A stretch of DNA of 64,000 bases from the NCBI GenBank assembly GCA_963514005.1, contig OY740798.1, positions 10,044,001-10,108,000 of the forward strand. The letters are read 5' to 3'. Below, piece by piece: positions 13,396 to 27,100 of this stretch. Each line of letters starts with the position of its first letter. Position 1 is the stretch's first letter. Origin of the DNA: Raja brachyura (Eukaryota). The position numbers and the translations under genes are program-made. The notes beneath the pieces are model-generated. The model saw only the letters and a list, made by a program, of their open reading frames with translations, did not search any database and was not told where the DNA came from.

Positions 13396-14685
13396 ATAAG
13401 CCAGGGATCTACAGGCTGGTAAGCCTTACACCAGTGGTGGGAAAGCTATTGGAAGGGATTCTGAGGGACAGGATTTATTTGCAGTTGGAAAAGCAAAAAG
13501 TGATTAGGGATAGTAAACACATTGGGCATCATGCCTGAAAATTTGATCTAATCTTTTGAAGAGGTGACCAGGAGGATTGACGGCAGGGTGGCAGATATTG
13601 TCTAACCTGATCTTTAGCAAGGCGTTTCACAAGGTTCGCACGTTAGGCTGGTCCAGAAGCTTAGAATGCATGCTATTCAGGATGAAATAGCACATTGGAT
13701 ACAAAATTGGCTTGTGAAAGGTGACAGGGTGGTAGTGGAAGTTTATTTTTCACATTGGAGGCCTGTGACCAGCGGTGTGCTGTAGTGATCAGTGTCCTTT
13801 GTTGGTCATATATAATTAATGATTTGGATGAAATTGTTGGTGGCATGATTAGTAAATTTGCAGATGACACCAACATTTTAAGTATGGTGGACTGTGAAGA
13901 ATGTTGCCTAAGGTTACAACAGGAGGTGGATCAACTGGCAAAGTGGGCAAGGGAATGGTAGATTTAATTTAACTCAAATAAATGTGGAAAGTTAAACCAG
14001 GGCACAACATACATTCTAAATGGCAGGGCACTGGAGAGTGTTGTTGAACAGATAGACGTTTGGGTACAAGTAGATATTTCCCTAAAAATGGTACACAGGT
14101 GGACAGGGTAGTGAAGAAAACCTATGGCGTACTTGCCTTCATCAGTTGAGACATTGACTATAAGAGTTGAGATGTCCCACCATAGTTGTACAGGACGTTG
14201 TTTAGGCTACACTTGGGGTTTTGTGTACAATTCGAGGGGAAGGATGTGATTAATCCAGAAAAGGATCACATGGATGTTGCCTGGATTGGCAGGCATGGGT
14301 AATAGGAGAGTTTGAATATGCTGCATTTGTCTTCCCTGGAGCAGAAGAGGTTGAGATATGATAGAGCTATATAAAATTATGGAAGGCATAGATAGGATGG
14401 ATAGCCAGTGTCTGTTTCCCGTGGTAGGAAGGTCTACAACTGGAGGGTGTCGGTTTACGGTAAGGGAAGAGTGGATCTGAGGAGTACATTTTTCACATGA
14501 AGACTAGTTGGTATCTGGACTGAGTCACCAGAGGTGGTGGGGGAAGCAGCACAACTTTTCAGTGGCATCTGAACAGGTACTTGAATGAGCAGGGATCTAT
14601 GGGTTATGCAATTAATGCAGGCAAGTGGGATTAGTATAGATAGGTATAGATCTGATGGGTTGAAGGGCCTGTTTCTATTTTGTAC
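13396..14685 (+). mobile_element. Degenerate CR1 LINE (RT and 3' end)
   Basis: [14 protein letters not shown] motif in ORF 13755-13961; CR1 tail. Confidence 0.85.
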
Positions 14686-15138
14686 AAGTATAACTATTAA
14701 ACCAGTTTAACAATGTAAGTTTTGAACCAATGTTAGAAAGTTATTTCCTCTTTCAATCTCTTTGTTTCATCTTTGTATCTTTTTTTAATTTTATTGCTTT
14801 GTTCCCTTAAGATTTCATCATTTCCTTTGTATTTCCTCTATCTGTCTGTTAAACTTTTTTATTAAGGTACCTTGGAGAATAAACAAACTTTTCATCCTTT
14901 CTATTGTATGAATGACGCCAAATAACTCGCAATCACTGTTGATTCACATTCATTTGAGTCAGTGACATGGATGATCTTGGTTGAAAGTTTATTTATCGCG
15001 TAATGTTATCTTCTAAGCCAGTATTTTACTGCATGGAGTTCTCTGTGTGAGATGCCTGCAACTATTGAACTACTGCTCTGTTCAAGAGAGTGTACTTATG
15101 GAACATTTAATAAGTGAATCTATTTATTGTTGCTACAG

Positions 15139-15171
15139 ATAAAGGCAAAGAACTATGACAAAGTTGAAAAG
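15139..15171 (+). CDS. CSTF3: CSTF3 exon 4 ([11 protein letters not shown])
   Basis: ctacag|ATA...AAG|gtaaac; 33 nt. Confidence 0.93.
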
Positions 15172-18100
15172 GTAAACTAAACGATTTCCGTTTTAATCCC
15201 TGTTACCACGCTACAGGGGAATAAGCCATACCTAAATAATGGTTAGTTAGTTAGTCTGTCAGTGAAAGATAACATGTTAGTTTAATAATTTAGTTTTTAT
15301 ACCTTGACAAACACCATATCTTGCAGCATTTATTTGTTTTTAACCATATGAATTAAATCCCTTTATGTTTATGTAGATTAATAACTAGCTTCTATGATCA
15401 AGTGTACAGTTGTAACACAGTAGCCTTCCTCTACATAATCACCACAAGACTAAACTGACTACATTAATAAGCCTATAACCATTAATGTAAGATGAATGTT
15501 CTAGGAGCAATTTGTCCAGTTCTCTATAAATCATTCCATCATGTTACATGACTTTATCTCTGTCTCTTGACAATTCAATGACTTTCTGAAGTTTGGCTGA
15601 GGTAAAGAAAAACAGATATTCACTCTCATTTTTTTAAAAAGGGAGTTGGTATTGTGATGGTAGTTTCATGGAACATCAGGTCAAATGTTCTTCATTTACA
15701 GAAACGGGTTGCAAATTAGCCATGAAAGATTTTTTTTTTTTTTTAGCATCTGATCTCAGCCTAAATAATCCAGTAGAAGTTAAAAGGTGACTGCATGAGA
15801 CTGCAGATAGTGGAATCTGGAGCAAAAACAAATTGCTAGAGGAGTTCAGCAGATCAAACAGCATCTGTGAAGACAAAGGGAAAGTCAATGTTTCGAATCA
15901 AGACACTGCAACAGGATAGTCTTGATGAAGGGTCTCGACCTGAAATATCAACCATCCCATTGACTCCACAGATGTTGCTTGATCTTCTGAGTTCCTCCAG
16001 CAGTTAGATTTTGCTAAACTAGCAAGGTTGGCACCCAGTGATGAGGTAAGTTGCGGGTAGCATGCTAAAAGCTGTGGTTTTATCTTTTAAGATTACTGCG
16101 AATCAAGATTTGATATTTTAAGATTACTGCGAATCAAAAAGTTTTCCTATGAAAAGAAAGGGTGACCTAATAAAGCATCAAAGGTTATGGAAGATTATGA
16201 TGCAATAGATTCCAAGTATGTTTCCGATGTTGTATTACAAAGTAATATGTAAGTAAGTCGGTCACCAAGAAATTGCAGAGAGTAGCTAGGAATAGATAGA
16301 GAGACCATGGAACTTGCAACCACAAGGAACGGTTGAGAACAGCTTTAAAGTGATAGCGCATGATGATGCAGGGACTAAGAGATTAAAATAATAGTTAAAT
16401 GAGAAGAATGTAAGAAGTTTGATTGTACTATGAGCACTGGAAAGAACTGGCTGGGCCAAATGCCCAGTTATGTGTTTCATATTTTATGAATCAAGTGAAA
16501 TCTGTTCTCCAGTAGAGTCGGGCTTTTAGCCAAGAGTGTAGCCTTGCAAAATTCATGCTATAAATAGAGTTGTGATGCAAAGAGACCTGGCAACAGTGCC
16601 TTTTGTCCACTGAATCATTTATGGAGGATCTAAAGAATAGGGAAAAATATGTCTTTAAAAATGTTCATTATTCAGAAATGACTTTTTTTTTGCTCTTTTC
16701 TCAGTTATTTCAGAGATGTCTAATGAAGGTTTTGCACATTGATCTATGGAAATGTTATTTGGCCTATGTACGGGAGACTAAAGGAAAACTTCCTAGTTAC
16801 AAGTAAGAAGTGAAGTATTCTAAAAAATTAATGAACTGGTGCAACTTTGGTTTAGTTTTAATATTTTGTCTAATTTATTTCAGATGTTAAATAGTGTTCT
16901 GTACCTTTATCAATTCTATTGCAGAGAGAAGATGGCTCAAGCATATGATTTTGCCTTGGATAAAATTGGCATGGAGATTATGTCTTACCAAGTAATTATT
17001 TTTACTTCTGTAACTTTATTAAAAAAATGTTTTAAATTATTGCAAACTAGAAGTGCAACCATTTTAATTATCAAAAATCTTTTCCAGATATGGGTTGATT
17101 ACATTAACTTTTTGAAAGGAGTGTAAGTAACAAATATTATTCTTCATTTACTCTGATTTTTATTTTATATATATATATAGAGAGAAAGATCTAAAACTTG
17201 TGCTCACTCTAACATGCTTCCACATGACCTCTCACAGGGAAGCTGTGGGATCCTATGCAGAGAACCAAAGGATAACAGCAGTTCGTCGGGTGTATCAGCG
17301 AGGCTGTGTCAATCCTATGATAAATATTGAGCAGTTATGGCGAGATTATAACAAATATGAAGAGGTAAAATCTTTAGTCACGGATAATATTCTGAAGAGA
17401 ATGAAGGATATGGTTCACTGCTAATTATAACTTTTTTCTTACTTGGGCAAGAGCATTTTTTGTTTCCTCCAATCGAGCCATGCTGGCGCTTTCAAAGAGC
17501 AAACCTGTAGCGCAGGCTCTTGCTCTTCTCTCATTTTTATGTATTATTTTTCCTTTTTATGAGTGATGTTGCTAAAAGAGAATTAATATAAATAAACAAC
17601 ATTTTTCCATCATTTAAAAAAGTCCACCTAGAATATATTGATTCTTTGTTAAGATTGTTAAAGCGAGTAACACATTTCTTCAAGTTTTTTGTTCATTTTC
17701 CCAATTGTAGATTTGATTTTAACATAATGCAGTGAGTTAAAATGCTGACAAATGCCTTAAATGATTTACTTATATTTGTTCAACTACCCTTGAGATGCCA
17801 TTATATTGGGGAATGATTCTGGATTGTCTGAATGTATAACCTTTTCCATTTGAACATAGAACATTTAACAGCACAGGAACAGGCTCTTTGGCCCACAATG
17901 ACTGCTCCAAACATGATACCCAATTAAACTAATCTCCTCTGGCTGCACATGTTTCATATCCCTCCGTTCCCTGCCTATCTAAAAACCTCTTCAGCACCCT
18001 ATTGTATCGGCCTTCGTCAATTTCCCTGGTAGCATGATCCAGGCACCCACCATGTGGCCTCCAAATATACTTTAAACTTTGCCCCTTTCACCTTAAAGCT

Positions 18101-21100
18101 AAGCCCTCGAGTCCTTGACATTTCCACCCTGGAGGAAAAGCGATTCTGACCGTCTATTCTATGCCTCTCATAATCTTATATACTTCTATCAAGTCTTTCC
18201 TCAACCTCCGACGTTCCAGAGAAAATAATCAAACTTTGTCCAATCATTCCTTGTAAGTAATACCCTCTAATCCAGGTAACCTTCTGGTAAAACTCTTCTT
18301 CTCCGTCTCCACATCCCGTAACAGGGTGACCAGAACTGCGCACAATACTCCAAATGCGGCCTGATCGCAAAGTTGAAATGCTGTACCAAGTACCTTCAGT
18401 AAAGATAAAAAATGTCCAGCTCCTATTTATCCACCTCCAGTGGCAATTTAGCACTACGTAAATGTTTGCAGGATTCCCCAAATTATATGCACTGTTTTAA
18501 TTGGAAGAGATTGACATAAAGAAAAGAGCTCATGTTAATACTTAGTACAATAAAATATATTACATTACTTCATATTAGAAACATTGTATTAAAGGAAATT
18601 GTTTTAATAATGGAGTAATTGTAATACATACGCTTGCAGCCTCCATATTAATGATTTGTTGCAACAGTGATAACAGGAGGCTGCAGAACGCGGCAGTTAG
18701 CTTGGAAATTTGGTTGGGTAAAAGTCCAGTGTGATGTTGAAGTATAATTTAAGATATGGTGTGAATAATGAAAATAAAGAGTTTTTCGTCCTTCCTCCAC
18801 AGGGCATTAACGTCCACCTTGCCAAGAAAATGATTGAAGATCGGAGTAGGGATTACATGAATGCTCGAAGAGTGGCAAAGGTAAGTATCCTCATCTTACT
18901 CTGAGCAAATGTAGTCGAATTTAAAATGCAAGGGTCTCCCTTTTATCTGTGGTGACGCGATGGGGCAGCGGTAAAGTTGCTGCCTTACTGCGCTAGAGAC
19001 CGGGGTTTGATCCCGACTACGGGTGCTTGTCTGTACAGAGTTTGTACATTCTCCCCATGACTTGCGTGGGTTTTTTCTGGGATCTCCGATGTCCTCCCAT
19101 ACTCCAAAGACGTACAGTTTTGTAGGTTAATTGGCTTGGGTATAATTGTCCTCGGCAAGATAGCGTTAGTGTGCGGGGATCACTGGTCAGCGCGGACTTG
19201 GTGGGCCGAAGGGCCTGTTTCCACGCTGTATCTCTAAACTAAAATAAACTCTGCATCAGAGCAATGGACTACTTACTTGCCTTGCCTGCAGGAATATGAG
19301 ACGGTCATGAAAGGTCTGGACCGGAATGCACCATCAGTCCCACCACAGAACAGCCCTCAGGAAGCACAGCAGGTGGAGATGTGGAAGAAGTATATCCAGT
19401 GGGAAAAAAGTAACCCACTTCGCACAGAAGACCAAACACTAATCACTAAACGAGGTGAGGCTAATTAACAGCCAGTGCTGAAGTGTTCATAGAAGAATAT
19501 TTTTGTGTTGTGCAAAAGAATTCCAAAAAGAGATTAACTGCTTGTTCAGGTAATTGCCATCAGAAGGATTTTGCTGTACATAAAACAGCTAATGAGCACT
19601 GCACTTAACTTTGTAATTCCTTCTCTAAACCTTTCTTGCTCTATCTTCCTTTAAGTTGCTTCTTAAAACCCACCTGAGCTTTTGATTATCTGTCCAAATA
19701 TGGATTTAATTTTGTCACCCCTTTTTTTGGTTCAGGGTCATAATGCTTCCTTGAAATATCTTGGGATGTTTTATTGCACTGAATAGCTTACATAAGTTAT
19801 TGTTATGTTTTGAGAGCATTCAATTGTATAGAAAGCAGTGTGGAATTTCTTAGAAAGACTTAACATGGAGCTATGGGCAGATGGAGTTTAATGCTGGTAA
19901 ATGTGAGGTGCTACATCTTGGCAGGACAAATCAAAATGGGACGTACATGGTAAACGGTAGGGAATTGAAGAATACAGTTGAACAGAGGGATCTGGGAATA
20001 ACCGTGCATAGTTCCTTGCAGGTGGAATCTCATATAGATAGGGTGGTAAAGAAAGCTTTTGGTATGCTAGCCTTTATAAATCAGAGCATTGAGTATAGAA
20101 GCTGGGATGTAATGTTAAAATTGTACAAGGCGTTGGTGAGACCAAATCTGGAGTATGGTGTACAATTTTGGTCGCCCAATTATAGGAAGGATGTCAACAA
20201 AATAGAGAGGGTACAGGGGAGATTTACTAGAATGTTGCCTGGGTTTCAACAGCTAAGTTACAGAGATAGGTTGAATAAGTTAGGTCTTTATTCTCTGGAG
20301 CGCAGAAGGTTAAGGGGGGACTTGATAGAGGTCTTTAAAATGATGAGAGGGATAGACAGAGTTAATGTGGACAAGCTTTTCCCTTTGAGAATAGGGAAGA
20401 TTCAAACAAGAGGACATGACTTTAGAATTAAGGGACAGAGGTTTAGGGGTAACATGAGGGGGAACTTCTTTACTCAGAGAGTGGTAGCGGTGTGGAATGA
20501 GCTTCCAGTGGAAGTGGTGGCGGCAGGTTCGTTGGTATCATTTAAAAATAAATTGGATAGGCATATGGATGAGAAGGGTATGGAGGGTTATGGTATGAGT
20601 GCAGGCAGGTGGGACTAAGGGAAAAAAGTTGTTCGGCACGGACTTGAAGGGCCGAGATGGCCTGTTTCCGTGCTGTAATTGTTATATGGTTATATATAAA
20701 CTGGATATTCTTTGAATTTAGAGTTGGCAAGAGTTCTTTGCTTTAAAAATAATTTCTGGAAGTAACAGACATTTGTAAATGCTTGCAAGTTAGCTGATGT
20801 CTCTTTGTGAAATGTAACCACATTATTGGAGTCTAAGCAAGTGTACGTCTTCTTGTAGTTATGTTTGCCTACGAGCAATGTCTTCTGGTCTTGGGGCATC
20901 ATCCTGACATCTGGTATGAAGCTGGCCAGTACTTGGAGCAATCCAGCAAGCTGCTAGCAGAAAAGGGGGTAAGAAATTCACGACATCTTGTACGTATGAT
21001 TAAAGCAAGTTTTATAAACACATTTTGTATAATGTTACAAAGCATACCAGTCATAATTACTAGTTGAATTACTAGTTCTATTTTAATGGGTTTCACTCCG

Positions 21101-24100
21101 AGAATCCCTGTAGAAATAATTACAAATTGCTTCATAGAACTGGTTATGGGCCTGTCCCACTTAGGCGACTGCAGGAGATTCTGCGGTCGCCATATGTTCG
21201 CGGGTGGTTGCCGGGGAGTCGCCTTCGTGGTCGTGAGTAGTTCCTGCATTTTAGGAACTAGTCGCGGCCTCATTATGGTCGCCGGGAATTTTTCAACATG
21301 TTGAAAAATTAGCGGCGACCAGAATGAAGCCGCCATGGAGAGTAGCGAGAATTCTTGTGACGTAGGTGAGTCGCCAGGAGGTCCTAGTGGGTTGCCAGGA
21401 GGTCAAAGGTTCTCGTAGGTTGTAACCGGTGCTGACTGGTGAATTTCATTGGCTCGTTGGGGGAAAAAACGTAAGCAGTAGTTTTCAGACCGACTGGAAG
21501 TGTTAATGTCCGCCGAACTTCACAGTCGTGTATCTCTGGCTCCATTCCTTCTCCCGCTTTCTCTTTCAAGGTGATGTCTGCATCACCTTGGCTTTGCACC
21601 GTGTGAATTGCCCTGTCCCCCGGCTGCATAACAGGCTGGTGAAAGAAGCGATGTGTGTGTGTTCCACTCTGACAGTTGCCGGTTTTTCAGGCGACTGCCG
21701 GCAACTTGACAGCCACTGGCTGTCGCTTGAAAAATCGCCTAAGTGGGACAGGCCCATTAAGATATCTCCTGGGGCCATCAGTTATTAACCTCCAGGTCCT
21801 TTAACATTGTAATAAAATAATATTTAACATTCTCTGTGCTGCACATGTTGGGAAACATATGTGTTGATCGCTTACTGCGCCCAGCGCTGGTGATTTGTGA
21901 CCAATGATAGAGAATCTCCTCAGCAGCTAGTGTGCAAGTTAGTTTGTGCTTAGCGCCTTCGTTTCAAAGTCGTTCCCTTAATTCTGCCTTATTCTATAAC
22001 TGGCCTCTAAACCTCTTCCTTTCCCAAATAACTGTTTGTTGGCATCCAACCCTTTGGAGCCTGTTTCTTTCTGACCCTCCTTTTCCTCCCTTCCCACTGA
22101 TTTTCATTTACAGTTCTATCTTCTCCAATGGTTTTGGACCAGTACAGTAATACCTGCTTCCATGTTGTTGCTGCCATGCAATGGGCTGTATAACTGGGTT
22201 TGTTTCCGTTGATTTCCCCCTTTCTCTGCAGCCTCCTACACCTCTTCCCATTTTTGCTCCTTGCCTATCCACCTATCCCTTGCCTCACCACTGTCGTGCT
22301 TTCATCTGCCTAGTTCTTGAACTCTGGAATGTCCGCTGTCACTTTTCTGCAATAGTCTTGTTAAAGCCTTCTTGCCATGTGTTTTAGGATCTCCTTACGT
22401 GGACTGGTGTCTAATTTTATTCTGATACTGTATGTTGCTGGGAAGCAGCTTCAGAGATTTAACTACACAAAGGCTCTATATAATTACAAGCCATTTTGTT
22501 ATTAAGGTAAACTTATGTGGCATAGTGATTTATGATGTGCCATAAACAGAGTTTATTTTTTCACAATGCCAACAAAAATCCCACAATACCATTTCCCTGG
22601 TGAGTTCTTGGTATTTCTTCTTGCCTCTTACATAGCTGTTAAAAAAGTTCCTATTGTGCCAGTGCAGATTGCTTTGTTGAATAAGCAGGCACAAAATGTG
22701 TCTGAAGAAGGGTCTCGACCCGAAACGTCACCCATTCCTTCTGTCCAGAGATGCTGCCTGTCCCGCAGAGTTACTCCAGAATATTGTGCCTATCTTCGGT
22801 GTAAACTAGCATCTGCAGTTCCTTCCTACACATTAATTTAAAGAAAGTTTTATTCAAAAACGTAACTTTTTGCAGGACATGAACAATGCAAAACTGTTTA
22901 GTGATGAAGCTGCAAATATCTACGAGAGGGCCATCAGCACTTTGCTAAAGAAGAACATGCTGCTTTACTTTGCATACGCGGATTATGAAGAAGTAAGTAG
23001 AGATGATGTTGTCCTCTGTTGCATAAAATGTACCCGGTCACAATCTTGGCACTGCTTCCTGTTGTTCTGTACTTCAGTTAATGTCACCCTTCCACTTTTT
23101 TTTAAAGAGTCGGATGAAATACGAAAAGGTACACAGCATATACAACAGGCTGTTGGCTATCGAAGATATCGATCCAACACTGGTGAGTGTGGGTCTGGTT
23201 TACATCTTAGGTGTGCTTTGTGTTTGTATTTTAATCCAACACTAGTCATATCTCACTGATTCGCAAATAGTGGTTTAAGGAAATGGCAAAGGAAAATGAA
23301 ATCCAGCGTAGACCTTTTCCAGGAGGGGAGAATAGGAATATAAAAAGAAAGTAGAAGCGGGAACAAGTCTTTTCCTTAAGCCTATTATGCCATTCATTTG
23401 CACTATGACCGATCTATAATTTTATAATCTGTGTACCTCCCCTGACCCAGCATGGTTCCATATCCACTAATATCTTTACTAAAGCCTCTGGGAGTTCAAT
23501 TAAACACTGCACCAGTTTATATTTTTATTTATTGAAATAAGCAAATGCCGATGTTTGGTAGTCCTTGACTCAAAAATTTAAAATGCGAGCAGCCCTCACC
23601 AGCTCAACTATCATCAATGGGAAGTGTCGATGTTTTGGGTCAAGGACAGACTGGAAAGGTTCAGAAATCAAACATATCTTTTAGTTGCAGAGAGGGCAGG
23701 GATGGAATTAACAATGGAAATATTTGTGATAGGATGCAAACAAAAGTTGTCAAATTAACACTTCCTCCAAAAACTGGCAGATAAAGAAAAAAGAACCAGA
23801 CTGAAACATTGACACTGTAGATTATTGTATTTGTTTTCTTCTACACGCACAGACTGAGTCACTGCTATGAAGATTATCTTTGTTTGGTCCACAAGAGTGA
23901 CTCTGAGCTTCCAGTTGCTTGTCACTTTAATTCTCCAACCCAATCCCACTCCGACGTCTCTGTCTTTATCCTTCAACATTGCTCCAGTAATGCCCAGAGG
24001 AAGCTTGAGGAATTGCATTCTCACCTTCTCTTTGTGCACATTGAAGCCCTTGAGATTTAATATTCAATTGAACAATGTCAGATGACTACTTCATCTCATT

Positions 24101-27100
24101 CCTACCACAGATGTGAAACATTTCTGTTTCACTATACTTTTTTTTTCCTTTCTGTGTCCAACTGGCAGATTTGAAAGGATTTGTTAACTTGACGACTAGG
24201 GTCTGCATCCTATCGTAGACATTCCCTCTGTTCTCTCGTGGCAGAAATTGGTTCAAATGGCAAGGAGTTGGAGTGGGCAAGGAGCTCCCATTGGCCAGAC
24301 CTGGTCTTGTATTGTTAACCTGAGAAGTTTGTGCTCTCCCGTCATAAATTAATTTCTTATGTTTGAATTCAAGGTTTACATCCAGTATATGAAATTTGCA
24401 CGGAGAGCAGAGGGCATCAAATCTGGTCGATCCATCTTTAAGAAAGCAAGGGAAGATCCCAGGACACGGCATCATGTCTATGTATCTGCTGCCCTCATGG
24501 AGTACTACTGCAGTAAGGTGCGTGCTCCCCATTTATGATATGAAAAATTATGAGAGGCAGAGATGGGTTAGACGGTCAGAACTATTTTCCCAGCACGGGT
24601 ATGTCAAAGACTAGAAGATATAACTTTAAGATGAGTCGTTAAAGGAGACGTGAGGGGCAAGTAGTTTACACAGAGGATAGTGGGTGCCTGGAACCCTCTG
24701 CCGGGAGTGGTGGTGGAGTGCAATAGTGGCATTTAAAATATATTTAGATAAGCACCTGGATATGCAGGGAATGGAGGGATTATGGATGACATTCAGGCAG
24801 ATGAAATTAGTTTAACTTGACTTCATGTACGGCACGGACAAGGTGGGCTGAAGGGCCTGTTCATGTACTGTTCTACATTCTGATTTGAGGATAAACCAGG
24901 CAGTAAGTAACTGCTACCAACATTCCTTTTCAGGACAAGGCAGTAGCCTTCAAGATATTTGAGCTGGGTTTGAAGAAGTATGGAGATATTCCAGAATATA
25001 TATTGGCATACATTGACTACCTTTCTCACTTAAATGGTAAGAGGTATATTCTTAACTGTATTTTTTTACTGAGAAATCCAGTTTTCTTCAGACCAAAGAA
25101 GAGCTGGGTGTTGCCAAATATACATGTTTTAATAATTGTCCTGGAATAAGGTGGCTAAGTTTAATTAAGCTGGGATCATATTGTCACTGGTCTTATTGAG
25201 GCTGTTGACTGCAGATGCGTTCCATGATTTGGGAGTAAACAAGGAAGGGAAGATCAAGGGCGGAATCTCAGCATCCTTTGTAGGTAACTGTGAGAGGATA
25301 GGGGAATCATTTACTGTCAGAGCTATCTTAAAATGGACAAGTGGACCTGGGACCACGTAATGGTAGATCCTGACTGAGCAGAGATAGAGAATGGGGTAGA
25401 GATTGACCAGAGTGGGAGAGAACAGGTCCTGATCTACTTGTTCCACCAAGGCACACACCCACGGGCCCAGTCCCACACATCTTGGTGACAGGTCAGAGCT
25501 CTTAACCTGGTCCCTTCGCACTGGTGCGGTCATCAAGAAAGCACATCAGTCTAGTTACTTCCTTAGCTGGCTGAATCGATTTGGCATGTTCTCGAGGATT
25601 CTATCGAACTACAGATGCGGTGTGAATTGTATCTCTACAATACAATCTCTACGATGTGATCTCTACAATGTGAAGAACTCATACTCTGTCAAAGTTTAGA
25701 CGAGTATGACAGTCACCTGAGATTACACGGAATGTCTCATTGACACTCTTGGACTTGAATGTCATTTACAATGAAAACGTGGAGCTGAATGCGTAGTACT
25801 TTTGTGTGGAAATATTCTGGCAATTCTTCGCTGAGTTGGAATAGGATGATGGCGAACATTGTCGAAGCTGTGTCATCTCAACTGATGCATTGATTGGTAT
25901 GTTGCAAATGTTCACTTTCACTGGTCGCCGAGCGTGGGGAATAACAAATACATCAGAGATCCTGTTCTGGCTCTGACGTCCAATTAATGAATTCTAAACT
26001 GGGTTTGCAGAGCAGCAAACCTCTGTAAAGTGCTTATATTTTTCAAATCCGCCCTTTTCTTTCCTGAGCAACGCATTCTACTTTGTGCGGGTAACCATCA
26101 ACAGTCTGAGGAGGGATCCCGACCCGAAACGTCACCAGTCGATTACCTCCACAGATGCTGCCTGACCATCTGAGTTACTCCAGCACTTTGTGTTTTTGCT
26201 CAAGATTCCAGCATCTGCATTTCCTTGCGTCTGCAATTAACAGTGCTGTTTTGAGTCCTATTTATCTTGGTGTTTCTCTCCACTGACAGTCTCGTGCAAC
26301 ATGATCTGCCCTAGAGTTTATTTTCCACTCTGATTCCATTTGCCACAGGACCTTGTGATCCACTGTCAATGCTATGAAAGAAGCTCTGATGTAGCTTACG
26401 AAAGCAGCTTGAAGTTCAATTATTATTTTCTTTGAAGTTGCTTTGAAATCCATCCTTCTGTCATGTGGTTTCCAAGTTTCTGCTGGAGATCAGAATCATC
26501 CCATTTTTAGTCACATTGTGTCAACTGTGTGCAATATTGATCAATTAAACATAGAAAATAGATTAAGGCCTGCTCCACTTTTCAATACAATCGTGGGTGT
26601 TATCCCCATATCCCATAATCTCTTTGTCATTAATAAATATGTCAAACTCCTCAAATACATTTAATGAGTTGGCCTCTCTTTATGATCTGTGGTGGGTATT
26701 CCACAGGTTCAACACTATATGTGTCAAAAAAGTTTCATCTCGGTTCTAAATTGCATATCCTGAGGCTGAGCCACCCAGTTATGGACGACTCAGCTTGGAA
26801 ACATCGGACCTTAATCTAATCTGTCTAGTCCTGTTAGAATTTTATGGGGTTTTCTATTAACTCTCCCACACTAATCTAAACTCGAATGAATATTGACCCA
26901 AATGAACCAATCTCTCATACCTCTTCCTGTCACTCAAGGATTCAGCAAGACTTTGTTGAACACTCTCATGGCAAGAACATCCTTCCTTTCCTAGTAGATG
27001 GAAGCTCTAGATGGTTTCTCACCATGGCCTTGTACAGCTGCAGCAAAACAGTTTTGCTGTTGTACACAAATCCTCTTGACATGAAGCACAGTTTACCACT

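Noticed and set aside
1-15138. CSTF3 exons 1-3 and the known conserved intron-3 poly(A) site
   Set aside because: No sequence encoding the N-terminal ~75 aa was found. As I recall it, the autoregulatory site is near exon 3 and so probably upstream of the window. The AATAAA hits here are mostly in LINE tails or lack support.
16085-16137. 22-bp direct repeat with short spacer (also a 23-bp tandem duplication at 45421-45466)
   Set aside because: Only two copies each; ordinary slippage duplications, not CRISPR-like arrays
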